DNA of 64,000 nucleotides, taken from the NCBI GenBank assembly GCA_036172245.1, contig JAYWIR010000020.1, positions 1,426,001 to 1,490,000 on the forward strand, in the 5' to 3' direction. The stretch is from Raillietiella orientalis. Its lineage: Eukaryota. Made by a program: the position numbers and the translations under genes. Positions within the stretch are counted from its first letter, which is position 1. The number at the start of each line of letters is the position of its first letter. The notes below the pieces were generated by a model. That model saw only the letters and a list, made by a program, of their open reading frames with translations. It was not told where the DNA came from and searched no databases. This document shows positions 63,500 to 64,000 of the stretch, piece after piece.

Positions 63500-63950
63500 G
63501 GTGGTGCGGCTGCGGCCCCTGTGAGCGGCACCGAGCGTTTGCGGGTTTGAATCCCGCCCGTGGAAGGATCGATACCAAGAAATGGGTGAGTCGTGGGTTC
63601 GAGTTCCTTCCGTAAGGTAACGCTGGTCGGCCTGAGGAATTAGGGTGCAGCACTGATGGGAGCCGGACGCCCCGCTGACTGGCCTCCGGGATTGAAAGTG
63701 GACCCTCCGTGGTCCTTCCAGGAGGCAAGGAGCCCTTCGGAGTTGTTCCCCTCCGACTGAGAAAAACGAGCCGCTCCACGAAGCTAGTTGATAACCCCCT
63801 CGGGGTTTGCCTCTCCAGAGTGCAAGAAGCGCGTTGCTCCCTTCGTGGAGGGCCCATCAGAGAAATTGGGAAGCGTCTCTTCGAGTTTTCTTCAGAGGAA
63901 ACAGGAAGCGGATCCCTTGCGGGTGCCCTCCGGAGAAGAAATTCCAAGAG
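63500..63950 (+). mobile_element. SINE-like family A, copy 8 (3-prime truncated)
   Basis: T-arm GCGGG-TTTGAAT-CCCGC at 63541-63557, second box GTCGTGGGTTCGAGTTCC ~63590, core GGTCCTTCCAGG at 63711, subrepeats. Confidence 0.72.
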
Positions 63951-64000
63951 CCAATTTTGTCTTTGCTGCTTTCCTTCCGGCTTTTTTTTTTCTTTTTTCT

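Overview
Eukaryotic (metazoan, probably arthropod or other protostome, judging from signature bases in a 28S rRNA fragment) repeat-rich DNA with no intact protein-coding gene I can support; almost all ORF-track entries look like chance or antisense frames. Best-supported content: (1) a decayed, internally deleted 28S rRNA fragment at 3.85-4.39 kb; (2) about eight diverged copies of one ~0.8-kb tRNA-headed, SINE-like family with two tandem B-boxes and ~40-bp internal subrepeats; (3) a minus-strand L1/Tx1-type LINE at 42.9-46.4 kb (ORF1 with zinc knuckle, RT core QGDSLSP/YVDD, C-terminal CCHC) that has lost its endonuclease, plus several more decayed non-LTR and Ty3/Gypsy remnants; (4) a probable two-gene Harbinger/PIF fossil at 49.2-50.9 kb; (5) a near-identical 1.3-kb inverted duplication (35688-36996 / 54896-56204) bracketing ~18 kb; (6) a 17-bp minisatellite and several perfect short hairpins. 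I do not see a convincing new functional system; the SINE-like family, the inverted duplication and the structured LINE leader are the most worthwhile follow-ups. Boundaries of decayed elements are approximate and motif matches were made by eye, not by database search.
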